A stretch of 64,000 nucleotides of DNA, from IMG/VR virus record IMGVR_UViG_3300023697_000634; one strand, 5' to 3'. The DNA is from a virus. Taxonomy: Duplodnaviria > Heunggongvirae > Uroviricota > Caudoviricetes. Below are positions 53,857 to 63,753 of this stretch, one piece after another. The notes below the pieces were generated by a model. It saw only the letters and a list, made by a program, of their open reading frames with translations. It was not told the origin of the DNA and did not search any database. The position numbers were made by a program, and so were the translations under genes. How positions within the stretch are numbered: position 1 is the first letter of the stretch; each line of letters begins with the position of its first letter.

Positions 53857-54586
53857 GTGGGCTAAGCTAACAATCAGTCGCTATATGCACTGGACCATCA
53901 AGTATGAAGTGCCTTCTGATGATTGTGATTCGTGGGAATGGGACAATGAGCGACCACACGGCCAACGTGCAATTCATCGCGCATGGATTATCATTGGCAT
54001 TGGACGTTTGTTTTTCCAACTGTACTTGTGGAAGGTAACACCATTCGAAGGCAGCTGGGATGGTGATAATACGAAGCAATATGGCATTACATACTTCGAA
54101 CGATCGCTCCATGTTCATTGGGGCCGCACTAAGGTTTATTGGTTGCCTTGGGATTGGAAGATCGTCCGTCACGACTTGCTTCATATGGATGGCAGTCTCT
54201 ACTATCGCAACTCATACCCAATCAAGAAAAGATCATATTCTTGGTATGAAGTATTGGAGATGAAAGAATCACCATTCCCTAGGTCGGATGTTCAAACACA
54301 AGTTGCAGATTACGTTGAACTCACTCACTACACTAAGGATGGTCGCAAGCAAGTAGCAATGATCCGACTCGTTGGTGAAGAGCGCGAATGGAGATGGCGT
54401 TGGTTTAGCTGGCTGCCGTGGCCAAGACAAATCAGTCGAGTTGTCGATTGTTCATCTGACGTTGAGCTCGGCGAAAGGGCTGGCTCATGGAAGGGTGGGA
54501 TGATGGGTTGGAGTGCTCCCTTAGAAAAGGGACAGTCTTTGAGAGAAGCATTCTATGCATGGTACAGGAAGTGGGACGGCCGATGA
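53828..54586 (+). CDS. Trp-rich hypothetical protein
   Basis: 252 aa with an unusually high Trp content. Confidence 0.35.
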   Translation: MMMEKIFRSKWAKLTISRYMHWTIKYEVPSDDCDSWEWDNERPHGQRAIHRAWIIIGIGRLFFQLYLWKVTPFEGSWDGDNTKQYGITYFERSLHVHWGRTKVYWLPWDWKIVRHDLLHMDGSLYYRNSYPIKKRSYSWYEVLEMKESPFPRSDVQTQVADYVELTHYTKDGRKQVAMIRLVGEEREWRWRWFSWLPWPRQISRVVDCSSDVELGERAGSWKGGMMGWSAPLEKGQSLREAFYAWYRKWDGR

Positions 54587-54969
54587 AACTGGATAAAGAA
54601 GGGAACCGAGCATTCTGGATGGATGTATATCCAGATGGTTGGACTGCCGAGCGCCTCGAAAATGAAATGCATGATTATATGCAGCTGCTTGACGGATTGG
54701 ATGTGTTGTATATGCACATTACTAATGGTCAGTGCTCAAAGCCGATGACAAGCAAGTCCGTCGTAATGGCTCTACACGATGATGCTGTTACAGAAACAGT
54801 TGACCAAGCAATCAAAGACCACTTCGATGATCGCTATGGATTCAACGAAGACCTGCGTAAGTTGACTGTCTCTGTGTTATCGGAGAAAGTAACAGCGCTT
54901 AAAGGTAAGAATGGAACTGAGTTTACCCAAGCTCAGTTGTGTAAGATTATTGACTTATTGGATGTGTGA
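54583..54969 (+). CDS. hypothetical protein
   Basis: Starts at MKLDKEG. Confidence 0.3.
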   Translation: MKLDKEGNRAFWMDVYPDGWTAERLENEMHDYMQLLDGLDVLYMHITNGQCSKPMTSKSVVMALHDDAVTETVDQAIKDHFDDRYGFNEDLRKLTVSVLSEKVTALKGKNGTEFTQAQLCKIIDLLDV

Positions 54970-54970
54970 T

Positions 54971-55195
54971 ATGAACAAGACTCAAAAACGTGTAGTTAAA
55001 GTGCTCGAGCGAATGATCGATCTCGCTAAAGAGAATGAGGATGACGCAGATATGTTCAGCGAAGAGCTTGAGTATATGCTCGACGGCATCGCAGAGAATG
55101 ATGGCTTTGGTACTGAGCGTACAACAGATCCACGAGGCGACTTCCGCGACTATGGTGGTTGGTCTATGACTCGTGTCCAAGGGGTGGATAAGTGA
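54971..55195 (+). CDS. hypothetical protein
   Basis: Starts at MNKTQ. Confidence 0.3.
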   Translation: MNKTQKRVVKVLERMIDLAKENEDDADMFSEELEYMLDGIAENDGFGTERTTDPRGDFRDYGGWSMTRVQGVDK

Positions 55196-55380
55196 GAGAA
55201 AACTATAGTCTCAACTTTTCAGAGCGCAATGATGATGGCGACACAATGATGGACGTCAACATTTCGTTCGAGAATCCAGCAAACGAGTATGAGATTGGCG
55301 AAAAGGTCAATACATGGCTTCGTGCCATTGGCCAATATCGCTTGCGTGTAACTGTTATGCCACCAGAGGAAGCAAAATGA
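55192..55380 (+). CDS. hypothetical protein
   Basis: ORF of 62 aa. Confidence 0.3.
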   Translation: MRENYSLNFSERNDDGDTMMDVNISFENPANEYEIGEKVNTWLRAIGQYRLRVTVMPPEEAK

Positions 55381-55637
55381 GTATCAGTTGGGAAGTTGAA
55401 GAACTTGCAGCAGTAATGACTGGTGCAAAAGATGATGATGCTGTTGAAAAGGTAATCAACGAAGGTACTGCCGACGAACGTCTGTATAACAAATACGAAG
55501 TTACATTGGAACAGTTCGAACACATCGTTGAAGATTTAATGAAGTTCGTTCCCAAACTAACATCCCCACTCACAAAGAAGCAGTACCATGCTTTGATGTG
55601 GAATGACTCCGCAATTGTTAAGGTAGAAGCAAAATGA
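55377..55637 (+). CDS. hypothetical protein
   Basis: ATGA overlap. Confidence 0.3.
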   Translation: MSISWEVEELAAVMTGAKDDDAVEKVINEGTADERLYNKYEVTLEQFEHIVEDLMKFVPKLTSPLTKKQYHALMWNDSAIVKVEAK

Positions 55638-55930
55638 AACACAAAGTCCGCGTCACGATGCATTATGTGATTGAAGTAGAATTCAACCCATCACAAGATA
55701 TGCAAGAAACACTCAAAGAATTTAACGAGTGTATGTTCTCATGTGAGAGTGAAGAAGAACTCGCAAAGTTTACTGCTACGCAAGTAGCTCGTAATGGTGG
55801 CAGCGGCTTTGTTGAGGGTGTTGGCAAATGTGGTGAAGCGTATTGGGATACGTTCGCCGATGATCCTGCTCCTGATGCGCTGGTCAGCATCGAAGTTGAA
55901 GAAGTAGAATCGGAGATTGTAAATGAATGA
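55634..55930 (+). CDS. hypothetical protein
   Basis: ORF of 98 aa. Confidence 0.3.
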   Translation: MKHKVRVTMHYVIEVEFNPSQDMQETLKEFNECMFSCESEEELAKFTATQVARNGGSGFVEGVGKCGEAYWDTFADDPAPDALVSIEVEEVESEIVNE

Positions 55931-56288
55931 TACTCTACTATTAGTCACGTTGCTTTTCACTAAGCATTTCATCGTTGACTTCCCGTTGCAGGGACCATTT
56001 CAGTGGATGAATAAGGGGACGTATATGCACCCAGGCGGGTTGTTACATGCCGCCCTGCACGGACTTACTACGATGTTGTGTTTCTGGTGGTATGCGCCGT
56101 TAGCATGCGTCTGGCTCGGCTTCTTTGATGTATTGATTCACTACCACATTGACTGGGCTAAGATGAATCTCAATGCGTGGTATGGTTGGAAGCCAGATAA
56201 CAGTGAGAAGTTTTGGTGGTTGCTCGGCCTTGACCAGTACCTCCATGCACTGACATATATTGGTTTGGTTGCATTGGTGACAGCATGA
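55923..56288 (+). CDS. membrane protein
   Basis: Trp/His-rich with 3 TM helices. Confidence 0.35.
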   Translation: MNDTLLLVTLLFTKHFIVDFPLQGPFQWMNKGTYMHPGGLLHAALHGLTTMLCFWWYAPLACVWLGFFDVLIHYHIDWAKMNLNAWYGWKPDNSEKFWWLLGLDQYLHALTYIGLVALVTA

Positions 56289-56542
56289 AGTATTTGATTA
56301 TCATCGCTGCGCTATTGATGACAGCGTGCGTCGATCGCAAGGACACGAACACAATCGAAGTTAGTGGCAAGCAGCCATCATGGCAGAATGCTGCAACTGA
56401 ATATAAGTGCACATCTGATCAGATGAATAAGGTAGAGATAGAACATAAGTTCTGCAAAGAGAATACATCATTCTTTTCGAGCTACTGCTACAATAGTGCG
56501 ATCGTTCGTAATTGTGTAAAGATCGTAGGAGATACAAAATGA
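56285..56542 (+). CDS. small lipoprotein
   Basis: AALLMTACVDR lipobox. Confidence 0.4.
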   Translation: MKYLIIIAALLMTACVDRKDTNTIEVSGKQPSWQNAATEYKCTSDQMNKVEIEHKFCKENTSFFSSYCYNSAIVRNCVKIVGDTK

Positions 56543-56778
56543 GTAGTTTTACAGGCAAGACGCTAGACGAAGCAATCGAAGCAGGAATTGCTTATTGTGA
56601 TGAGTATGGTACAATCGACTTTGATGGTATGAATTGTGCTGATGCTTGGGACGAAGGTGAGGATTGTATGGGTTGGGACGGCGTTGACCGCCGTTGTGAT
56701 TGTGGCAATCGACGGGTGTACTGGGCATCATACCAACAACCAGATGGCACGTTCGTTGTATATGGAGAAGCATACTAA
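56539..56778 (+). CDS. Cys-rich small protein
   Basis: AGGAG RBS. CDEYG ... C ... C ... C ... CDC. Confidence 0.3.
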   Translation: MSSFTGKTLDEAIEAGIAYCDEYGTIDFDGMNCADAWDEGEDCMGWDGVDRRCDCGNRRVYWASYQQPDGTFVVYGEAY

Positions 56779-57125
56779 TGAAAAAACATTGTGAAGAGTT
56801 TCGACTGACAGAACAGCACATCAAGCTGCTACAGCAAATGTATTGTGCATTCTACCACAGCGCATATGATGGTGCGCCTGCAATAGACGTTAAACGTCCC
56901 TATGGCAATTCGTTCGTCGCTGGTGATGTTAATGACATCGTGTTCCAAGAAGAATGGGACGAAGATGATGATATGCCTGAAGAGTTGTACGAGCGCTGTA
57001 TGGCTCTTCATAAAGAGACTGGCAAGGCATTGCAGATCTGTCTATCGACAGTATCATTTAAACCTGGATTGTATGGACGACCAACATCATACGACACACA
57101 AACGTGGGAGTGGATTTCAGAATGA
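56778..57125 (+). CDS. hypothetical protein
   Basis: TAATG junction. Confidence 0.3.
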   Translation: MKKHCEEFRLTEQHIKLLQQMYCAFYHSAYDGAPAIDVKRPYGNSFVAGDVNDIVFQEEWDEDDDMPEELYERCMALHKETGKALQICLSTVSFKPGLYGRPTSYDTQTWEWISE

Positions 57126-57373
57126 CAGTCACACATACAGACCTCGGGAAATTACAAGATCAATTCAATAGACTGCAAGACACCATCGATATGATCGTGC
57201 TAACGGTAGCAGGCCAAGGCGAACATCACGAATTCAACCAACTCGTGAAGCAATCATCCAAGCGCCAACTCATTCGGCGTGACTATCAACGAGCCGCTCA
57301 CAAGCACGTAGAGCTCCGATCAGCATTGGCTGAATTAGAAGCAGACTATCCTAACTTGAAGAAACTGCCATGA
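57122..57373 (+). CDS. hypothetical protein
   Basis: ATGA overlap. Confidence 0.3.
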   Translation: MTVTHTDLGKLQDQFNRLQDTIDMIVLTVAGQGEHHEFNQLVKQSSKRQLIRRDYQRAAHKHVELRSALAELEADYPNLKKLP

Positions 57374-57777
57374 AATGCGATAATACAGATGTGGCATCGG
57401 TCGGATTGCAGCCAAGTGGTCGCACATATACAGCTGAATGCTTGAAAGAAGCAGTTGATAAGATCAATGCTGGGTCGGGCGAGCTGCTAGGATCATTCCA
57501 AGGGGTCGAGGAACCGCTTATTCTTGAACGAGCAACGCACATCTGTCGCAACTTTACATTCAAGGACGGGTACATTAAGTGTGATGTTGAAATTCTCAAC
57601 ACGCCGGATGGCGAGCACCTGAAGATGATACTAGAAGACGGCCGCGTACCGATGAAGATGAACGTATCTGGAAGAGGGTATGTTGATGAAAATGGCATCG
57701 TGTCTGATTTTGAAATTTTATATGTGAATGCGGGGTTGTCTGATGGACCAGTATCAGAACGTATTGACGCTAATTGA
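57370..57777 (+). CDS. hypothetical protein
   Basis: ORF of 135 aa. Confidence 0.35.
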   Translation: MKCDNTDVASVGLQPSGRTYTAECLKEAVDKINAGSGELLGSFQGVEEPLILERATHICRNFTFKDGYIKCDVEILNTPDGEHLKMILEDGRVPMKMNVSGRGYVDENGIVSDFEILYVNAGLSDGPVSERIDAN

Positions 57778-58093
57778 TAAGCGAATTGCAGAGAAGCAAG
57801 CTATCATGGATAGCATGGCACCTTCCGGTAAGGAAGGTTTTGCTATTTTAAACTTCATGCTTAGCATGTATATCGTTGAGATGACAGAAGTCAAAGACCA
57901 ACTGATTGAAGCAGCTAAAATGGCTCCAGTTGTATGCAAGGATGATGACGGACACACATACGAAGTGCCGTCCTTCCTTGTTGTCAGATTCAATCAACTG
58001 ATGGATGATATCTGGAATTCAGAACCACGATCAGACGAACGATATGATGCCTACGACAGGCTAACAGAGGAGTTTGGTCAGTATCAACGATAG
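57743..58093 (+). CDS. hypothetical protein
   Basis: Start uncertain. The track ORF starts at 57728. Confidence 0.3.
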   Translation: MDQYQNVLTLIDKRIAEKQAIMDSMAPSGKEGFAILNFMLSMYIVEMTEVKDQLIEAAKMAPVVCKDDDGHTYEVPSFLVVRFNQLMDDIWNSEPRSDERYDAYDRLTEEFGQYQR

Positions 58094-58101
58094 GAGTTGC
58101 T

Positions 58102-58335
58102 ATGGCGACCAAGAAAAAGCAAGCGAAGAAATTTACCTATGGTGTTGGACACTACTGGGAAGGTGAAAGCGGCTCAGTGGGATTGTATGCCTATGGTAAC
58201 GATCTATTCCACGGTACGATGGAACAAGCGCGCAGTTTCCGCGAGTACATACGAGAGTGTGAAGTCCGAGACAAGAAAAAGAAAGCCGATCGTCGCGATT
58301 GGCGTATCTTCCAACTGGTCGAGGTTCCAGAATGA
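58102..58335 (+). CDS. hypothetical protein
   Basis: RBS AGGAG. Confidence 0.35.
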   Translation: MATKKKQAKKFTYGVGHYWEGESGSVGLYAYGNDLFHGTMEQARSFREYIRECEVRDKKKKADRRDWRIFQLVEVPE

Positions 58336-58676
58336 CCGAAAACGAAGAACGCTACTTGTGGTTGCGTGACAACAGGTCTCGATATCACGACGCGCCATAT
58401 GTGCTGAATCAACGAAAGTCGGTTCTATATGCAATGGCACGCTTACGTGATGAGGAGTTAGACATTGCACTCGATCACGACATCTTCGACAACAAGTTGC
58501 AAGAGCTTCACGATGCAAATGAAATCGTCGAGCGTGGATTGTTGCCTGAAGGCGCATCGCGTTGGGATTTTGAAGGTCCATATGTTGAAGCGCTGATAAA
58601 GCTAACTCACCAGGAGTTGGGTTGGAGTGATGAGCGAGTAGCAAGGATAATGCCAGATGAAAGGTATGGAGTATGA
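58332..58676 (+). CDS. hypothetical protein
   Basis: ATGA overlap. Confidence 0.3.
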   Translation: MTENEERYLWLRDNRSRYHDAPYVLNQRKSVLYAMARLRDEELDIALDHDIFDNKLQELHDANEIVERGLLPEGASRWDFEGPYVEALIKLTHQELGWSDERVARIMPDERYGV

Positions 58677-58900
58677 GTAAGGTAACAAATTCGTATTGGT
58701 TCAATTGCAGTAGCCGCACGATCGGTATCATCGAAGTCGAAACCGAATATGATGGATTGAAGTACTACATCGGCATTCCGAAGCGTGAAGGTGGTTCTCA
58801 GAAAGACGATGAGCTTGAGATTTCTGAATGGGGATCTACGTTCCCTAAGGCAGCAGCTCAGACGTTGTTCTATGGTGCACCCTTGAAGGAATCAACATAA
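58673..58900 (+). CDS. hypothetical protein
   Basis: ORF of 75 aa. Confidence 0.3.
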   Translation: MSKVTNSYWFNCSSRTIGIIEVETEYDGLKYYIGIPKREGGSQKDDELEISEWGSTFPKAAAQTLFYGAPLKEST

Positions 58901-59067
58901 TGTGGTATTACTTAATCATAATCCAGCTGACTGCAAACGCACATGCTATTGCATCAAACCTTGGTGAGTATAAGGGCAAAGAAGCATGCATGGCTGCAGC
59001 TACAGCAGTCACTCAATCATCCAACAACTTGAATGGCAAGGCTCTTTGTGTGCCTAAGGGAAGCTGA
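58900..59067 (+). CDS. small secreted or membrane protein (55 aa)
   Basis: Hydrophobic N-terminus and 2 Cys. Confidence 0.25.
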   Translation: MWYYLIIIQLTANAHAIASNLGEYKGKEACMAAATAVTQSSNNLNGKALCVPKGS

Positions 59068-59285
59068 TGAAATTCTTTGCAATGGCACATAGCGATGGCT
59101 CGTTCCATGCTGTCTATAAGATTCCTGGCAGCGAGATGTTGTCGAGCGTCGCTCGTTGTTTGACACTTCGCGCAGCTCAAGAGATTGCAAGGGAAGAGAA
59201 CAGAGCTCGGCCAGAAACCAAGTACGTCGATCCATACGATCGAGCGATTCCGAAAGGATTCTATACAGATGAGGATGCAGCATGA
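59067..59285 (+). CDS. hypothetical protein
   Basis: ORF of 72 aa. Confidence 0.3.
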   Translation: MKFFAMAHSDGSFHAVYKIPGSEMLSSVARCLTLRAAQEIAREENRARPETKYVDPYDRAIPKGFYTDEDAA

Positions 59286-59458
59286 CTGAGTGGATTTTGT
59301 TTGTAATGATGTGTACACGTGGTTGTGCACCACAGTATGCTGTTGTATATCCGTCCAAGGCTGCATGCGAGCAAGCTGCTAAGCCGACCGTCAACAACTG
59401 GACAAGCTCAACGTCTGTATATTGTGTACCGAGAGTATTGTTGGAGGATAAGCGATGA
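59282..59458 (+). CDS. small Cys-containing membrane or secreted protein (58 aa)
   Basis: Hydrophobic N-terminus, 4 Cys. A paralogue-like neighbour of the 58900 ORF. Confidence 0.25.
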   Translation: MTEWILFVMMCTRGCAPQYAVVYPSKAACEQAAKPTVNNWTSSTSVYCVPRVLLEDKR

Positions 59459-59543
59459 GAGCAGGATTTATATTTGCTGTGTCTAACTTTGCCGTAGGTG
59501 CATTGTTTGCTGTGATTGTGTTGCTGCTGAAGAAAGCATTCGC

Positions 59544-59720
59544 ATGAATGAAGAAGACTTGGTCTATCGCCTAAGAAAGCGTGCTGAGATTAGAAGACAA
59601 ATCCCTGGACGCAAAAGCGTAGAAGAAGGGACACCCGACCGCATTGCTAATATTTTAGAAGAAGCTGCGGACGAGATTGAACAATTAAGAAAGAAATTAG
59701 ATGGCAACACCCAGTCCTAA
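59544..59720 (+). CDS. hypothetical protein (58 aa)
   Basis: Charged, helical. Confidence 0.25.
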   Translation: MNEEDLVYRLRKRAEIRRQIPGRKSVEEGTPDRIANILEEAADEIEQLRKKLDGNTQS

Positions 59721-60165
59721 GATTACAAAAGAGATGCGCGAGCAGTGGCGAGTAGAGCACGAACGTAAGCGTGCTGCTGAGAAAGTAATTGTCGATACGT
59801 TGCTTGCTAAAGGCGACTTCACTGACGATGATGGATACCCATCGGATGATGCGCTAACGATCGTTGAGTTGTGGCCATGGGAAGATGAAAAAGGTTGGTT
59901 CTCTTTCATCGAAAGCATTTGGTGGATGAAGAGCTGGGGGTTCAACGAAGGTTGGGCTACCCATGATTGGGACGAGACGAAAGAAGTATACATCTACGAG
60001 ATCTCTACTGCTGGATGGTCTGGTAATGAGAGCGTAATCCGATCAATGCAAAAGAATGATATGCTATGGAACACAACATGGGTTCAGAGTCGACGTGGTG
60101 GACACTTTATTTTCGAATTAAGAGACGAATTGAGGAACAAGAATGGATCGGAACAAAGCCAATGA
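59701..60165 (+). CDS. Trp-rich hypothetical protein
   Basis: ORF of 154 aa. Confidence 0.35.
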   Translation: MATPSPKITKEMREQWRVEHERKRAAEKVIVDTLLAKGDFTDDDGYPSDDALTIVELWPWEDEKGWFSFIESIWWMKSWGFNEGWATHDWDETKEVYIYEISTAGWSGNESVIRSMQKNDMLWNTTWVQSRRGGHFIFELRDELRNKNGSEQSQ

Positions 60166-60632
60166 GTGAAGTTTTTAACTGGAGAGAGTTTGTTGGGTTG
60201 CAGCCACTCCCTGCACAGGCAGGAATGTGTTTCTATATGGAAGCACGAGTGGACGGCGTTGTGCAAGATGAGCCTGCTGCCAACCAAATCACACTTAGCG
60301 TTCTCAAGTGTGCGATTGAATGCACAATGACCGAACAAGAGGTCAGCGAAAAGGTCGAAGATATGCTTCAACAATTTCCGATCGCTCGGAGCAGGTTCGA
60401 TGGTCCAGAAGAGAACAAAGAACAAGCACACAAGATCGAAATTCAAATGCACAGCAACAACGTCGCTCGTCAAACACGTCGTGGATTTGCTGACAAGCAG
60501 CATGGTAATACACATCTGTATGTCGGTACATCGCCAATGGATGCTCCTATCATTGTTGCTCAGTTCGAAGATAAATTTGGTATCTTTAAGCATCCCAAAT
60601 TTGATAACTATGGATTCAATTTCAAGCCATGA
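60162..60632 (+). CDS. hypothetical protein
   Basis: Starts at MSEVFNW. Confidence 0.35.
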   Translation: MSEVFNWREFVGLQPLPAQAGMCFYMEARVDGVVQDEPAANQITLSVLKCAIECTMTEQEVSEKVEDMLQQFPIARSRFDGPEENKEQAHKIEIQMHSNNVARQTRRGFADKQHGNTHLYVGTSPMDAPIIVAQFEDKFGIFKHPKFDNYGFNFKP

Positions 60633-60931
60633 GAATGTACATCGCAATTAAAGAACATCTGCCGATTGGCCACGTTCTTAATACTGCTGCACACGCAGGG
60701 CTTGCTTGTTACCTGAAGTATAAGCACTTGCCTGATATGCAGATCTGGGCAATGAAGAGCTTTAAGAAAGTAACATGCTCTGTTACTGATGAAGAGTTCG
60801 AAGAACTGAAGGCAATTCCAAACCATGTTGTTCTAACTGAAAGCAAATTGGATAATATGGAGACAGCTATTGTATTGGCTCCTCGTCCTGAGTGGCCATC
60901 TAACGTAAAAACATTGAGGTTATGGAAATGA
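60629..60931 (+). CDS. peptidyl-tRNA hydrolase PTH2-like protein
   Basis: MYIAIKEHLPIGHVLNTAAHAGLACY and KKVTCSVTDEEFEELKAI ... HVVLTESKLDNMETAIVLAPRP are co-linear with the PTH2 core (GK-AAQ-HA ... W ... KVV ... EEL ... DAG-T ... T-L-IGP). Confidence 0.5.
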   Translation: MRMYIAIKEHLPIGHVLNTAAHAGLACYLKYKHLPDMQIWAMKSFKKVTCSVTDEEFEELKAIPNHVVLTESKLDNMETAIVLAPRPEWPSNVKTLRLWK

Positions 60932-61335
60932 TGACAATCAAATTAAACAAGTCGTGGCACTTCTGGTTGGCCAACTTTGGCGACAAGCGCATCTACGCCG
61001 AATGCACTACCAACATTTGCGAATATACGCGTGCCGTATTGATCGGTACATTCTGGGCATTCGTGTCGCTGTTCTTTGCTTGCATCTTTGGTGGCTGGAT
61101 CGTCGCCTCATTGATCAACATCATTCAGTGGGTGTTCATGGGTGTTGAGATCGAAAAGTACACCATTATGTTTATTGGTGTTGTGTTGTTGTTTAGCGGT
61201 GCCATCGCAATCTTTGCATTCAAGGAATGGCTATCAAACCGACCTAAGAAGGACACGCCACCAACGTTTGTCGGTGCTGCATATCGCAAGTTCAAAGATA
61301 GCACTTGCTTCCGCGTCGAGTTCAATCAGGAGTAA
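60922..61335 (+). CDS. membrane protein
   Basis: 3-4 TM helices. Confidence 0.35.
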   Translation: MEMMTIKLNKSWHFWLANFGDKRIYAECTTNICEYTRAVLIGTFWAFVSLFFACIFGGWIVASLINIIQWVFMGVEIEKYTIMFIGVVLLFSGAIAIFAFKEWLSNRPKKDTPPTFVGAAYRKFKDSTCFRVEFNQE

Positions 61336-61338
61336 TGT

Positions 61339-61539
61339 ATGTCAACGATCGAGATCTTGAGCAAGGTAATGTTGACGGAAGCAGCATGGTTGTTCTTCCT
61401 TTCATTCATTGCAGCAATGATGTATAAAGATACATCCCAACAACCTCGTTGGTTTTACCGTCTCGGTGTTGGTAGTATCTTTGCAATGCTAGCTACACTT
61501 CTTGGCGCAGCGTTCTATACAATCTGGTGTTTGGTATAA
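61339..61539 (+). CDS. small two-TM membrane protein
   Basis: Hydrophobic. Confidence 0.3.
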   Translation: MSTIEILSKVMLTEAAWLFFLSFIAAMMYKDTSQQPRWFYRLGVGSIFAMLATLLGAAFYTIWCLV

Positions 61540-61931
61540 TGTTTGATCGAGTACAAGTAACGCACCTCACGCCTCCCGGCTATCAGTATGTCAATGTGAC
61601 GGAGAAGCGTGCGCCTACTGATGAGTCTGTCCGTCTTCTGAAAGAGATGGAACAGAAGGCACGCGATAACATTATTGCGTCGATCGAGCTCGACTCTAAC
61701 TTAGTGAAGGGTCGAGTGTTTGTGATGAAAGAATGGTTGTCTGGTAAGAACAACTTCGCTGTGTTGATGGACATCAATGGCAAGCGCGTTGAAATCAAAG
61801 TATCGACCGATGAGTATGAATCTGTGGAATCACAAATGCAACGGATCTACGAAGAAATCGGCAAACGAATCGCCGTCGAAGTGATGCCAGCCGTATTTGA
61901 TGAAGCAAAGAAAGCTGCATTGTTCAAATGA
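61527..61931 (+). CDS. hypothetical protein
   Basis: ORF of 134 aa. Confidence 0.35.
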   Translation: MFGIMFDRVQVTHLTPPGYQYVNVTEKRAPTDESVRLLKEMEQKARDNIIASIELDSNLVKGRVFVMKEWLSGKNNFAVLMDINGKRVEIKVSTDEYESVESQMQRIYEEIGKRIAVEVMPAVFDEAKKAALFK

Positions 61932-62122
61932 CACCAGAGATGATCAGTTCGATTGTTAACAAGGCAAGTAGCATCGCTACAAACCATGCGATGCACGGAA
62001 CACCATTGGCTGCTATGGCATGGATTCCTCCTCGCACACCGACTGACGACCCAGAAGGAATGTTTGCTATTAAGTATGCCGAACCATTTTCAGCTGCAGA
62101 TACACCACCATGGCTAAAATAA
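61928..62122 (+). CDS. hypothetical protein
   Basis: ORF of 64 aa. Confidence 0.3.
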   Translation: MTPEMISSIVNKASSIATNHAMHGTPLAAMAWIPPRTPTDDPEGMFAIKYAEPFSAADTPPWLK

Positions 62123-62424
62123 GTTTAAAAGACCAAGCATTGATTGAAGCACGCGAGTCGCTTGCGATCATGTTCGATAATGCTCGGTATGAAGAAGATA
62201 TCGAATTGATCGCTGAGCGAATTGAGATGATTGATCGTGCTCTGGCTGAGAAGCCAAAGTATGAAACATACGAAGACTGGCTTAATGAGATTGAAAACTA
62301 TGGCACTCGTGCTGAGCGTTTTTATGAGTCGCTAGAAGGTTTCCAATCAACACCTGGAAAGATAGCAAACGGCTTGATATGGTTAGAAGCAGCATTCAAA
62401 GTAGGTAGAGGAATAGAAGAATGA
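62110..62424 (+). CDS. hypothetical protein
   Basis: ORF of 104 aa. Confidence 0.3.
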   Translation: MAKISLKDQALIEARESLAIMFDNARYEEDIELIAERIEMIDRALAEKPKYETYEDWLNEIENYGTRAERFYESLEGFQSTPGKIANGLIWLEAAFKVGRGIEE

Positions 62425-62831
62425 GAAGAGTAACGCCCCCGAGCGAGTTTGATTTAGACACGCCATTCGAACGATCATTTACAACACGAGCTGTCAATCG
62501 TCAACAGTACAATGTAGAATTCAAACTTCCACCAGAATCTATTCGATACAATACCGATCAGATGTTCGGTGAAGCTCTTGCAAGAGTGACTGCGTACATC
62601 TATGCTGAAGACCTCGGTGTGTATAATCACGAATGGACATACCCAACTACTTGGTGGGACCACTTTAAGCGAGATCATATGCCGAAGTGGTTTGTTGAGA
62701 GGTATCCAGTACAGTACACAACACACAGCAAGAGGTTAGATGCGAAGGCTATGTTCCCACAATACCGCCCACCTAACGGGTATTCGCAAGTGCAATACGT
62801 CATAAGAGAAATGAATGAATATTATCCGTAA
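62421..62831 (+). CDS. hypothetical protein
   Basis: ORF of 136 aa. Confidence 0.35.
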   Translation: MRRVTPPSEFDLDTPFERSFTTRAVNRQQYNVEFKLPPESIRYNTDQMFGEALARVTAYIYAEDLGVYNHEWTYPTTWWDHFKRDHMPKWFVERYPVQYTTHSKRLDAKAMFPQYRPPNGYSQVQYVIREMNEYYP

Positions 62832-63165
62832 TTGGTTTCGTGGCTCGCCAACAAAAGAGGCATACTACGGCCTGCTTAGTGATTATGAGACGCTCGTTCG
62901 TCTTGCACGACGTTGTGCATATGATCTAAGACATACCGTTGATCAAATACCGGTCGATCACTTCTACATCAAAAAGATGAAGATGGATGATGCAGCTCAG
63001 TATTGGGTCGGTTTGTTTGCAAAGGGCAACCCCGGCAAGGACTATCGATTGAAGTTGCATAGCCAGATTACAGATCTCGAAGCAAAGAACGAAAAGCTCA
63101 AGCAGCTTTGTCTGGATAATGGCATCAGCATTTCAGAGGTATATAAAGATGATATCCCATTTTAA
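62815..63165 (+). CDS. hypothetical protein
   Basis: ORF of 116 aa. Confidence 0.35.
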   Translation: MNIIRNWFRGSPTKEAYYGLLSDYETLVRLARRCAYDLRHTVDQIPVDHFYIKKMKMDDAAQYWVGLFAKGNPGKDYRLKLHSQITDLEAKNEKLKQLCLDNGISISEVYKDDIPF

Positions 63166-63358
63166 GTTTTTGGAGTTCAATCCTGTTCGCCACTCGCGTG
63201 GAGCTCCTGCAGCACGTGTTGAAGTGTGGGAGAATGATCGTGGCGTTATCAGCGCATGCGATTGGTTGTGGATGACTAAGAGCGATATCAAGAAGAATAT
63301 TCTTGAATGGGGTGAAGATCCTGGACTGTTAGAGGCATTGAGTCACTATGAACGATAA
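63149..63358 (+). CDS. hypothetical protein
   Basis: Internal Met start. Confidence 0.25.
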   Translation: MISHFKFLEFNPVRHSRGAPAARVEVWENDRGVISACDWLWMTKSDIKKNILEWGEDPGLLEALSHYER

Positions 63359-63533
63359 ACTAACGCCATGTGCGTGTATGGGTCCTATTGGCAATGATCC
63401 CCATTGTCCGTGTGTAATGACCTCTATGGGTCTTACGCCAACGACGATGTGGACTAAAGAAGATAAGATGATACTGTCGAAAGTAATGTCAGAATTATTT
63501 AAGAAGAGAGCTGATAAAAATGAGAACAAATAA
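63348..63533 (+). CDS. small Cys-rich protein
   Basis: CACMGPIGNDPHCPCV. Confidence 0.3.
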   Translation: MNDKLTPCACMGPIGNDPHCPCVMTSMGLTPTTMWTKEDKMILSKVMSELFKKRADKNENK

Positions 63534-63753
63534 TCCAATTCCATACACTGGTTTGTATGTGACTCCTACAGATCAAACGCACTTGGTTGATATTATCAGT
63601 GGTATGTACTCCGGTCCTGAGCGTGCTGCAGCAATGGCTGGGGCATGTATGGCTTTGAACCTAGCATATACATTAGTCGAGGAGAACTACGACACATCAG
63701 TATTTGCTGTTCCTAATGCCGTAGACGAAGCACGAGCTGCTGCACGAGCATGA
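63520..63753 (+). CDS. hypothetical protein
   Basis: ORF of 77 aa. Confidence 0.3.
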   Translation: MRTNNPIPYTGLYVTPTDQTHLVDIISGMYSGPERAAAMAGACMALNLAYTLVEENYDTSVFAVPNAVDEARAAARA

